Assembly (NCBI GenBank): GCA_035480615.1
Contig: DATIHO010000064.1
Coordinates: 5,259 to 69,258, forward strand
DNA from: Chlamydiales bacterium
GTDB lineage: Bacteria > Chlamydiota > Chlamydiia > Chlamydiales > SM23-39
Direction: 5' to 3'
DNA: 64,000 bases
Below are positions 10,064-18,135 of the stretch, one piece after another. The position numbers were made by a program, and so were the translations under genes. Each line of letters begins with the position of its first letter. Positions within the stretch are counted from its first letter, which is position 1. Below the pieces are notes generated by a model. That model had not been told where the DNA came from. It was given only the letters and a program-made list of their open reading frames with translations, and searched no databases.

Positions 10064-10452
10064 TGTTCTTTTAGAACAGCGATTTTTTTTTCTAATGGAT
10101 GATTTTGTTCAATTCTTGTAGCCGCTTGATGCAATGCCTTGGCCCCCTCTTTTGGATCAAGCAAGGAAAAGTAACATTCGGCAGCGTGAAAATGGGGATA
10201 AGGATCTTCTTTTTTGAGTAAAGAAGCCATGGCCCATGCATGCAAAGCATCGAAGTAGCTTCCACCTTCCTGCAAAGCAGCGCCCAATCCAAACCAAAAA
10301 CGGGAATCTACAGGCCGTCTCGCGCAGAGAAGACGGAAAACATCAGCCGCTTCGAGCCAATTTCCGCTATTATAATGGGAAAAACCAAATTGATAAAAAG
10401 TTTCCGATTCGCTATCTGAAAGCAACGCTTTTCCTTGGTTTAATAAATCCAT
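10045..10452 (-). CDS. T3SS class II (translocator) chaperone, LcrH/SycD/Scc2-3 family, TPR
   Basis: 135 aa. YQFGFSHYNSGNWLEAADVFRLLCARRPVDSRFWFGLGAALQEGGSYFDALHAWA...PYPHFHAAECYFSL matches the SycD/LcrH TPR consensus. Confidence 0.85.
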   Translation of the reverse strand: MDLLNQGKALLSDSESETFYQFGFSHYNSGNWLEAADVFRLLCARRPVDSRFWFGLGAALQEGGSYFDALHAWAMASLLKKEDPYPHFHAAECYFSLLDPKEGAKALHQAATRIEQNHPLEKKIAVLKEQWKISA

Positions 10453-10453
10453 T

Positions 10454-11164
10454 TTATCTAGCTAGTTCAGTGGTTTTTCTTTTCAGCCTTGTATCCAACT
10501 GTATGATTTGTTGTATAATGTTCATAATCGCTTGTAAATTTTGAACCACAGGTTGAATTTCCGTGCTCACTATAATTTGCTGAGATGTTCTCAATTTTTC
10601 AATTTGGGTTCCAATTTGCGCTTTCAATTCTGCAAGTTTTGCTTTAGGAATCGATTCGCCTTGCCAAATTTGAATGTTGCAGGCTTTAAGCTCGTCAAGC
10701 AGATCTTTTAGTTTACTTTGATCGGTGAGCTCATACACATCTTTTTCCGGCAAAGTAGTCAATTCCGAGTTGAGTTCAATCAGACGATCAATATTTTTGA
10801 GATGCTCTTTGACTTGAGTAGATAAATCTCGCAGTTTTGCACTTCCGCACGCTTCGAAGGCCATCGCTGTGCTCATCACCGCATATGCGCAATCAATCGA
10901 CCGTTTCGGCGTTGCCATTTCGGCATCTTCGGTCGTGCTTCCTTCTGTTGCCATCGCATGAATCGATCGGGAAGAGATACGCCCTGCGTCGATTCGACAT
11001 GGGCGGCTTGGAGTTTCTGCCTCGGCGATCATGCCCGGCGCAATGGCATTGATTCTGACTAATGAATCGGATGGCTCTAAATTCCTGATGCGAGTTTGTG
11101 GATCTTCAGCAATGAATCTGATCAATGCATCTTCTTCTGAATTGACTCCTGTAATTTCTGGCAT
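10454..11164 (-). CDS. Coiled-coil protein, first gene of the translocator operon (LcrV-position gene)
   Basis: Its stop lies 1 nt from the chaperone ATG. The C-terminal ~130 aa are heptad-rich (LIELNSELTTL...LAELKAQIGTQIEKL...). No TM segment. Confidence 0.55.
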   Translation of the reverse strand: MPEITGVNSEEDALIRFIAEDPQTRIRNLEPSDSLVRINAIAPGMIAEAETPSRPCRIDAGRISSRSIHAMATEGSTTEDAEMATPKRSIDCAYAVMSTAMAFEACGSAKLRDLSTQVKEHLKNIDRLIELNSELTTLPEKDVYELTDQSKLKDLLDELKACNIQIWQGESIPKAKLAELKAQIGTQIEKLRTSQQIIVSTEIQPVVQNLQAIMNIIQQIIQLDTRLKRKTTELAR

Positions 11165-11251
11165 ATAATCCTCAAATTATTCTATAAAAGTCTCTTAATA
11201 TATCGCGCCGAGCGTTTTTTTTCCAGATAAAAGAGCTTTTTAGTTTGTAAG

Positions 11252-12394
11252 TTATTTATTTTCAATTATTTTTTGGTTTTTCAGGCCAAAGAGACAGAGG
11301 CAGATCGAGATCGCTGCGATAAAATAAAATAGTACGCTCGATCCAAAAAATGACATAAACATCGAAGCAAATAAAGGGCCTGCGATCGCCCCAATCCCAT
11401 AAGCGAGAATAAAACCGCCTGTTACGGAAATAATTTGATCCTCGGGCACTTTTTCGCAAATATAAGTCATGCTAAGGGGATAAATTGTAAAAGAAAATCC
11501 TCCAAACAACCATCCGAGCGATAAAAGAGCGAATGAGGATTCGCCGGCTTGGGGAATGGCGATAGCAAGGGCCATTGTCATGAAAGAGGCTGTATTTAAA
11601 ATGCGACGGCGCCCGGTCTTATCGGCGAGTTTTCCAAGAGGCCACTGAAAACTAAGCCCTCCAAAAATGATGACTCCCATCAAGGTGCCGATTTCCGAAG
11701 TCTGTAACCCGATTTCTTTTGCATAAATCGGAATGAGGGTATAGATGATCGCGAGGAGCATTCCGGAGGCCAGCCCTCCCATAAATCCCAGGGGGGAAAT
11801 GCGAAATATCCGGGGCAGTCCAAGATGTGTAGATCGCTCGATTTTAGGTTCGGAGATTTTTTTATTTAAGATAGGCAGGATGGAAAGGGCGAATAGAAGA
11901 GCCGTAATGCAAAAAGGGGCTGCCGATTTCGGATTTGTGAGATTAAAAAGAAATTGACCTCCTGTTAAGGCGGCGTAGAAAACCACTAAATAAAGAGAAA
12001 GGGCGGAGCTTCTCTCGGAAGAGGGGCTTTGCAGAAGAAACCAGCTTTCTATCACGATAAAAATTCCCGCCGAACAAAGGCCGCAAATCAATCGTAAAAA
12101 CCCCCAATACAAGGGATCGATCCAGATGGCTTGAGCCAAAACGACAAAAGCAGACAGCGCTGCAAATACAATGAATGAACGGATATGGCCTACCCTGCTG
12201 ATCCAGCGGCCTATCCAAAGCGATCCTAAAAGCATCCCTAAATAAAGAGTGGATGAGATCATCCCAATCGTTTGGATCGATACATTCTCTATTTCCAAAC
12301 GGACGGCCACAAAGGTATTAAGCAACCCGCTCCCAGCAATCAATAAAACAAGGCTGAGAAGGGGCGCCGAAAGGCGACGGATCATTTGTATCAT
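11252..12394 (-). CDS. MFS transporter
   Basis: 380 aa with ~12 hydrophobic segments. An MFS-like loop, LGKLADKTGRRR, lies between the two halves. Confidence 0.8.
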   Translation of the reverse strand: MIQMIRRLSAPLLSLVLLIAGSGLLNTFVAVRLEIENVSIQTIGMISSTLYLGMLLGSLWIGRWISRVGHIRSFIVFAALSAFVVLAQAIWIDPLYWGFLRLICGLCSAGIFIVIESWFLLQSPSSERSSALSLYLVVFYAALTGGQFLFNLTNPKSAAPFCITALLFALSILPILNKKISEPKIERSTHLGLPRIFRISPLGFMGGLASGMLLAIIYTLIPIYAKEIGLQTSEIGTLMGVIIFGGLSFQWPLGKLADKTGRRRILNTASFMTMALAIAIPQAGESSFALLSLGWLFGGFSFTIYPLSMTYICEKVPEDQIISVTGGFILAYGIGAIAGPLFASMFMSFFGSSVLFYFIAAISICLCLFGLKNQKIIENK

Positions 12395-12446
12395 AAGTTT
12401 TATAGTGCCACGATCTAATATTATTTTATTTTAATTTTGTAAAATA

Positions 12447-12474
12447 TTGATATTTAAAGCGCTGTGTGTATAAT
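12447..12474 (+). promoter_or_regulatory. Candidate sigma70-type promoter TTGATA-N16-TATAAT for the 746-aa orphan gene
   Basis: TTGATA at 12447-12452 and TATAAT at 12469-12474, about 55 nt upstream of the ATG at 12529. GGAG RBS at 12517-12520. Confidence 0.35.
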
Positions 12475-12528
12475 TAATATAATTATTAAAATAATTCATA
12501 AAATAAGATAATTAGATTTGGAGATAAT

Positions 12529-14769
12529 ATGGTTAAAAAAATCAAGGAAGTTCTTGATTTTCAAGAAGCGATGGGGAATTTGGCCACGATCGCTGAAATC
12601 AACATGGAACATCCTCCGCTGCTTGGGATTATCAAAGAGGCTCAGCTCGTAACAGACGCAGAAGAATTTCCCATGGGTTCGATCCAATGGCTCAGCGCAG
12701 AAGGAGAAGAGATCATTTTGGATGTTTTGGATAAAACATATCAAGCTATTTATCAGTACCTTATATCTCTGTATGAGAATCGAGATACAGATTGGAAAAG
12801 CAACAAGCTAAAGACCGGCATTGCGGCAACCATGTCTTTAGTCGGAGAATCCGCTGAAAAAATGGATCGCTATCTTCCATTTCGTAAAGGAGGGCCGCTT
12901 TCTCAAAAAATTGTAGAACGCGAAGCTTTTCAATCTTTACAGCAATTTTATTTACAGAAATTTCAAGCAAAATTTTCAGGAGGCATCGAGGGGGAGGAGG
13001 CCTGGGAAGAGGAGTGGATTGAAAATTCTCAAGGCCCATCTGGTGTGATCAGCGGATTAAAGGATTTTGAAACTGTTATAAAAGACAGGGAATATGAACT
13101 ATTTTATATCCGAAATGAAGAAGGTCTTCCCTATTTCAGCCCGGAATTGCTTCGAAATATCAAATTAACTGTTGATTTGGAATCGACAAGCGATACATTT
13201 GAGGAAGATCCTCTTTTAAAAGTCAGGGCGATCCAAGACCGTGATTTGTGCACGTCAGCTAGACAAATCTTGAATGACTGTTATTTTTTCATCGAGGATT
13301 TTTGTAAAACTGCAAAAAAACTGAAGTCAAATGATCTGGCCCAAATGCTCAATCAAGCGATCATGGCTCTTTTTTTATCGTCAAATCCAAGAAATTTGCT
13401 GCAAAATACAGTGGGCAAACACTGCTTTCAATATTTTCTGGACTTCCAATTTTTCCTTAGAAAAGCAATGAAAACACAGGAATACCAAAAATGGATTGCC
13501 TATCCGCCGGATCCTTCTGAAAAAATCGCCTTTCTTCTTTTAAAAATGACCCACGCTTTAGCTCGTGGCTTTTTTACACGCCCGGGCGGGGTGAAACAGG
13601 AAGCGATCGGCTTAATCCATCGGACAATGCGAAAAGGAGAGGAAGTGTTTCAGGAAAAACAGAAGGCTCTTTTAAAAGCGGATCATATATGGTCTCAGTT
13701 TCTTTTAAGTGATGAGTGGCTGCGGGCCTATTTGCACAAGTTTCCCAACGGCCCGCTTTTCAAAATTCTCGACTTTGTCCGCGAATCGGAAGCGGATGGA
13801 GTATCCGTTCCATTTGACCCGCTCGGCCAAGAGAACCTCCCTTCGCTTTTATTTAAGATCGTAAATAGTAAGATCGTAAATAGTAAGACGCACATCGATG
13901 TTCTGCGATGTCCCTCTCCTGTGATTCAATCATGCATTAATAAGGCGGATATCGCGGACGAATTTCGAGGATTTTTGCGCTCTTTATCAGCAAGTGAATA
14001 CCGAGGTCTTAAGGGCCGGATTGCTTTTTCTGTAGAGGCAACAAACAAAAGACATCTTCTTTTTAATTTAAATGATCGTACTTCCTGGCGTGAATTTGTC
14101 AGAAGTCGGGGACTGGAAAATTTGCAAAAAAATGCGGAATTCAACCAGAAATTTTTTGTAGTGACCCTTCCCAAGGATACCGATTTTTATACCCAAAATA
14201 ATGAATATCTTCACTTAAACCGATCTGAAGATTTTATTGCCGCTTTCTTAGAGCAGATTGCATCAAAGGAAGAGTGTGGATATTTTTTCCCCTCTGCATG
14301 GCCTTTGGAAGATGTGATGCAATTTGCCAAAGACACGCTTCCTGCAATCCATGCTCATTTTTTTCACAAAAAAGAGACGCTGACCCGGCGCGACCGGGAA
14401 GATTTCATTGAGATCTTTTATCAATTGCTTATTGTGAAGGCGATTGAACGTTTCAAACCCGACTCAATCAGTTTTACCTGTAAAGACGCCATCGATACGG
14501 GAGCAGCTCAAGGGGCTCTTTTGTATGGATTTTTGAAACTGCTTTCAGGGAAGGTCATAGACAAGGAAGCTCAAGATTTTCTCCTTTGGCTTTTTTATGC
14601 GCCCGCCTTATTTATTCGCGAAAGAGGCATCGACCCGGAACGATTCAATCGGGCTGTATCGATCCTGGACCGCTTGGATAGCGAATTATCCACTCACCGC
14701 GAAGAAATTTTGAAAACATTTGAAAATTTTTATGAACCCGGAATGTTGGGAAGATTGGGAGCCTCTTAG
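12529..14769 (+). CDS. Large hypothetical protein (746 aa)
   Basis: Clean long ORF with GGAGATAATATG start context. Contains a perfect 15-bp tandem duplication (KIVNS KIVNS, 13855-13884). The stop TAG lies in the terminus of the palindromic element. Confidence 0.65.
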   Translation: MVKKIKEVLDFQEAMGNLATIAEINMEHPPLLGIIKEAQLVTDAEEFPMGSIQWLSAEGEEIILDVLDKTYQAIYQYLISLYENRDTDWKSNKLKTGIAATMSLVGESAEKMDRYLPFRKGGPLSQKIVEREAFQSLQQFYLQKFQAKFSGGIEGEEAWEEEWIENSQGPSGVISGLKDFETVIKDREYELFYIRNEEGLPYFSPELLRNIKLTVDLESTSDTFEEDPLLKVRAIQDRDLCTSARQILNDCYFFIEDFCKTAKKLKSNDLAQMLNQAIMALFLSSNPRNLLQNTVGKHCFQYFLDFQFFLRKAMKTQEYQKWIAYPPDPSEKIAFLLLKMTHALARGFFTRPGGVKQEAIGLIHRTMRKGEEVFQEKQKALLKADHIWSQFLLSDEWLRAYLHKFPNGPLFKILDFVRESEADGVSVPFDPLGQENLPSLLFKIVNSKIVNSKTHIDVLRCPSPVIQSCINKADIADEFRGFLRSLSASEYRGLKGRIAFSVEATNKRHLLFNLNDRTSWREFVRSRGLENLQKNAEFNQKFFVVTLPKDTDFYTQNNEYLHLNRSEDFIAAFLEQIASKEECGYFFPSAWPLEDVMQFAKDTLPAIHAHFFHKKETLTRRDREDFIEIFYQLLIVKAIERFKPDSISFTCKDAIDTGAAQGALLYGFLKLLSGKVIDKEAQDFLLWLFYAPALFIRERGIDPERFNRAVSILDRLDSELSTHREEILKTFENFYEPGMLGRLGAS

Positions 14770-14942
14770 AAGCTGTCCTAAAACCCAGGCTTCGTCGATT
14801 TTGGGGATTATTTTGGCCGATTTTTGGTTCTTTTTGCGGGGGTTGTATACGAAGTTTGATACTACCCCCGAAAAAAGAACCAAAAATCGGCTCAAAAGAA
14901 CCCCAAAATCGACAGAAGCTGAGTTTTAGGACAGCTTCTTAA
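14766..14942. mobile_element. Full-length family B palindromic element: ~77-nt inverted arms around a 22-nt centre
   Basis: Left arm TTAGAAGCTGTCCTAAAACCCAGGCTTCGTCGATTTTGGGG...GCGGGGG. Right arm CCCCCGAAAAAAG...CCCCAAAATCGACAGAAGCTGAGTTTTAGGACAGCTTCTTAA. The arms are about 90% complementary by eye. Confidence 0.8.
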
Positions 14943-15530
14943 CCGCTCTCGGCAGATCGTTTCAAACGGTTCCAGCGCCTTCATTTTATTGTGAATTGTT
15001 GATAAAGGCCTTGATTTTTTTATGAGGTCCCTTGCCTGGCATGCACCCATATTTTGATATTTGATCAAATACGCAGCAATGGCAGTGGCTGAACGCCCTG
15101 CTCCCGCTCGACAATGGACGTACACTTTTTTCTTTTGCGATAATTGCGCATGAATGTAATCTGCCGACCTCTCCATTTGATCCGACGATAGTAAAACATG
15201 GTCAATGGCGTCAATTTCTTTATAACTGATATTTAACTCATTCCATTGTGATTTAGTGTGAGGAATTGAGATGAGAAGGGGTTTTCTTTCCCATGGCTCA
15301 TTTAAGGAGAGGACAGCTCCGATGTCATGGTTCTTTTTTAATTCTTTTGCAGACTGTATCCGTGCATTGGGAAGGGCTCCTAAAAAAATATCATAACCCT
15401 CGATTTGATGGTAATTGCTGTTTCTAAAGATCAGATTATAGATTGCGACAATCTCGAGTTGTAGTTTTTTATTAAAAAGTTCTATAGATTCTTGATATTG
15501 ATTACGATAAAAATTGATATTATGAATCAC
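14892..15530 (-). CDS. Dual-specificity protein phosphatase (eukaryote-like, CX5R)
   Basis: Active-site loop VHCRAGAGRSAT (HCxxGxxRS). GTG start. The last ~17 codons (LRSCPKTQLLSILGFF) are encoded by the right arm of the family B element. Confidence 0.75.
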   Translation of the reverse strand: MIHNINFYRNQYQESIELFNKKLQLEIVAIYNLIFRNSNYHQIEGYDIFLGALPNARIQSAKELKKNHDIGAVLSLNEPWERKPLLISIPHTKSQWNELNISYKEIDAIDHVLLSSDQMERSADYIHAQLSQKKKVYVHCRAGAGRSATAIAAYLIKYQNMGACQARDLIKKSRPLSTIHNKMKALEPFETICRERLRSCPKTQLLSILGFF

Positions 15531-15582
15531 GTTAACCGCCTTGATAAGAATTATAACATGAAGTTTGGTTAATATACAAATG

Positions 15583-16581
15583 CTATTCTAAGGAAAGACC
15601 TTGGTTGTAGAGTTTGATGGTATCAGTTAAAGATTGCGCATGTCTCAAAAGGGCGGCAAATTGTTTTTTAAAACTCTCATTTTCTGCAATTTTTATCTTC
15701 TCATCAGCCATTTCAGCCTTTTCGAGCAGTTCAGTTAATCGTCCGAGCGAGGTGGTGATGGCATCGATTTCTCCGTCAAAATAGGCTTTGAATTCTTTAG
15801 GTGAATCAAGAGCTTTTAAAAGATTCGCTTTTTTCGTACGGCTTCTTTGCCAATGCTTGTCGTATTGAAAGAGGATTCCATAATGGTTGATATCGTTCAT
15901 CATGGTTTCCGCTTTAGAGATCAGGGAAGTGAGATGGAGATAAAAATCGTCTTTTGCGATGAGACGGCCCAAGGTCCCTTTTGCAGAAGTGAAATCGCTC
16001 ATGATTTCATCGATGCGAGACATTGTTTGATTGAACATTTGGATGCTAAAACCGAGCGCATCGCTATAACTTTCTATCCAGGCATCTACATGGCCAGTGG
16101 CTGCTTCGAGCCGATTGGCAGCTTTTGAGATCTGGGTGAATGTGTTGTCTAAAGGATCGATAGAATTCGCATAGATGATTTCATGTGTAATCAACGCCGC
16201 GTTTTTTCCCGCTTTTGGAAGAATTGCAACGGATTTTTCTCCCATAAGGCCAATGGAACGGACTGCGATTTCGTCGGAATCGTAAATTTCGACACTTGAA
16301 TCGGTTTTCAAAATCAGTTCATAAAAATAGACCCGTCCGAGTTCATCCGGATGTGCGCGAGCGTCGGGGATTTCCGTTATGTGAATTACCTCTCCCACTG
16401 GTTTGCCTGCGAAAGCGACCCGAGTTCCCACCATAATCCCTGAGATATTGGCGAAGCGGACTCGAAGAATTTTCTTCCCGTCTCCGATTTGAGGCTTGAG
16501 AAAAAAGATCATGGAGACCGCAATGGCCACAGACGCCATCACAAAAAGCCCAATGAGGACGGTTTTTATTTTTTCATTCAT
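15583..16581 (-). CDS. MlaD/MCE-domain protein of an ABC transporter
   Basis: N-terminal TM anchor, then an MCE-like region (LRVRFANISGIMVGTRVAFAGKPVGEV). Operon with the MlaF- and MlaE-like genes. Confidence 0.75.
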   Translation of the reverse strand: MNEKIKTVLIGLFVMASVAIAVSMIFFLKPQIGDGKKILRVRFANISGIMVGTRVAFAGKPVGEVIHITEIPDARAHPDELGRVYFYELILKTDSSVEIYDSDEIAVRSIGLMGEKSVAILPKAGKNAALITHEIIYANSIDPLDNTFTQISKAANRLEAATGHVDAWIESYSDALGFSIQMFNQTMSRIDEIMSDFTSAKGTLGRLIAKDDFYLHLTSLISKAETMMNDINHYGILFQYDKHWQRSRTKKANLLKALDSPKEFKAYFDGEIDAITTSLGRLTELLEKAEMADEKIKIAENESFKKQFAALLRHAQSLTDTIKLYNQGLSLE

Positions 16582-16584
16582 GCA

Positions 16585-17346
16585 CTAATCTACTCTTGTC
16601 TTGGAATCTCGATAAAATTGGATCATCGGATCGTCGGTTTTGATAAATTCTTTCGGTTCCGCAATCGTTGCGATGCGCCCCTCCTTATGCAATGCGATGC
16701 GGTGAGCGATTGCAAAAGCGGAATTTAAATCGTGTGTGACAATAATGCTTGTCCCTTTCAATTCATTTTGTGTTTGTACAATCAATTCATTGATTTGGCT
16801 TGCTGTGACCAGATCCAGTCCGGCCGTCGGCTCGTCATAAAGAAGAATCAATGGCCGATAGATGATTAAACGGGCGAGCGCTGCTCTTTTTCGCATGCCG
16901 CCGGAAAGATCCGAAGGCATTTTTTTTTCGATCCCTTCGAGTCCGACCATGGCAAGAGCTTCCTTCACCTTTTTTTGGATCTCGGCTTTTGAAAACGGAG
17001 TTTTAGCGGCCGTATCGCCATGCTGGTTTAAATAAAATGCCGTATTTTCCCCAATATTCATCGAATCAAAAAGAGCAGCTCCTTGAAAAAGCATGCCCAT
17101 GTTCTTGATTTCGCTATAGATCTTGTTTTTTTTCAATTCAGTGATATTCAGCCCATCGATCTCAATCGTTCCAGCATCTGGTCTTTCAATGCCGATAATG
17201 TGTCTTAGCAAGACGCTTTTTCCGACTCCCGACCGGCCTAAAATCACGAGGATTTCCCCGTGGTGGACGTCCAAATCCAATGCGCGCAAAACTTCATTTG
17301 ATCCATACCGTTTTGTGAGATTGCGGATTCTGATCACCGCATCCAA
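16585..17346 (-). CDS. ABC transporter ATP-binding protein (MlaF-like)
   Basis: Walker A GRSGVGKS, signature LSGGMRKR, Walker B ILLYDEP. Confidence 0.9.
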   Translation of the reverse strand: MDAVIRIRNLTKRYGSNEVLRALDLDVHHGEILVILGRSGVGKSVLLRHIIGIERPDAGTIEIDGLNITELKKNKIYSEIKNMGMLFQGAALFDSMNIGENTAFYLNQHGDTAAKTPFSKAEIQKKVKEALAMVGLEGIEKKMPSDLSGGMRKRAALARLIIYRPLILLYDEPTAGLDLVTASQINELIVQTQNELKGTSIIVTHDLNSAFAIAHRIALHKEGRIATIAEPKEFIKTDDPMIQFYRDSKTRVD

Positions 17347-18131
17347 CCATATTTAAGTTCCTGATTGATCAGATTGAGGGCCAGTGTCAGGAGAAAATCG
17401 GAAACGAGAATCAAAATATAGCTCGTGACTACACTTTGGGTCGTGGCTTTCCCAACTCCTGCGGCGCCTCCGGATGCCTTCATCCCCTTATAGCAACAGA
17501 CAGTCACGAGCAGAATGCCGAAAATCAAAGATTTAATGCAGCCGCTTGCCACATCAAAAAGGCTGATATGGAGTTGCATAGGATCAAAATAGCTTGCCGC
17601 CGATAGATGAAACAAAGCGACAGCGATTAAATAACCGCCAAAAATGCCCATGATCGTACTGAAAAGAGTAAGAAGAGGAATCATGAAAATCCCGGCTAAA
17701 AAACGGGGAGCTATCAAATAGGAGTGGGGGTTTACGGCCATGGAACGCATTGCATCGATTTGTTCAGTCACTTTCATTGAACCCAGTTCGGCGCACATTG
17801 CCGATCCCGCCCGTCCTGTGACCATAAAGGCAGTAAGAATGGGCCCCAACTCCGCAATCATCGCTTTGCCGACAAGCACGCCTGTTACGCCGGACAGTCC
17901 CTTATCTCCAAGCTGATAAAAGGATTGCGCCGCTAAAACAAAACCGGTCGTAAAGCCGGTAATGGCAACAACGGAAAGAGACATCACTCCAATATGGAAA
18001 AGATGTTCGCGAATCAATGCCCAAGATGGAGGTTTGCGGATTGCGCAAATACAAACATCGACGCAGAAGGAAACGTATTCCCCGATCCTTTCCAAATAAC
18101 AGGTCAACTGGTTGCGGATGGCTGAGATCAT
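17334..18131 (-). CDS. ABC transporter permease (MlaE-like)
   Basis: Start taken at the ATG at 18131, 5 nt after the upstream stop. Multi-TM permease in an operon with the ATPase. The 5' extension to 18323 overlaps the rhomboid gene and is rejected. Confidence 0.8.
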   Translation of the reverse strand: MISAIRNQLTCYLERIGEYVSFCVDVCICAIRKPPSWALIREHLFHIGVMSLSVVAITGFTTGFVLAAQSFYQLGDKGLSGVTGVLVGKAMIAELGPILTAFMVTGRAGSAMCAELGSMKVTEQIDAMRSMAVNPHSYLIAPRFLAGIFMIPLLTLFSTIMGIFGGYLIAVALFHLSAASYFDPMQLHISLFDVASGCIKSLIFGILLVTVCCYKGMKASGGAAGVGKATTQSVVTSYILILVSDFLLTLALNLINQELKYGWMR

Positions 18132-18135
18132 TCCC

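Noticed and set aside
14846-14856. TATACGAAGTT in the centre of the family B palindrome is identical to 11 nt of the loxP arm
   Set aside because: The match is a single half-site with no inverted partner at loxP spacing, and no Cre-like gene lies nearby. It is most likely chance resemblance, and it was found a posteriori.
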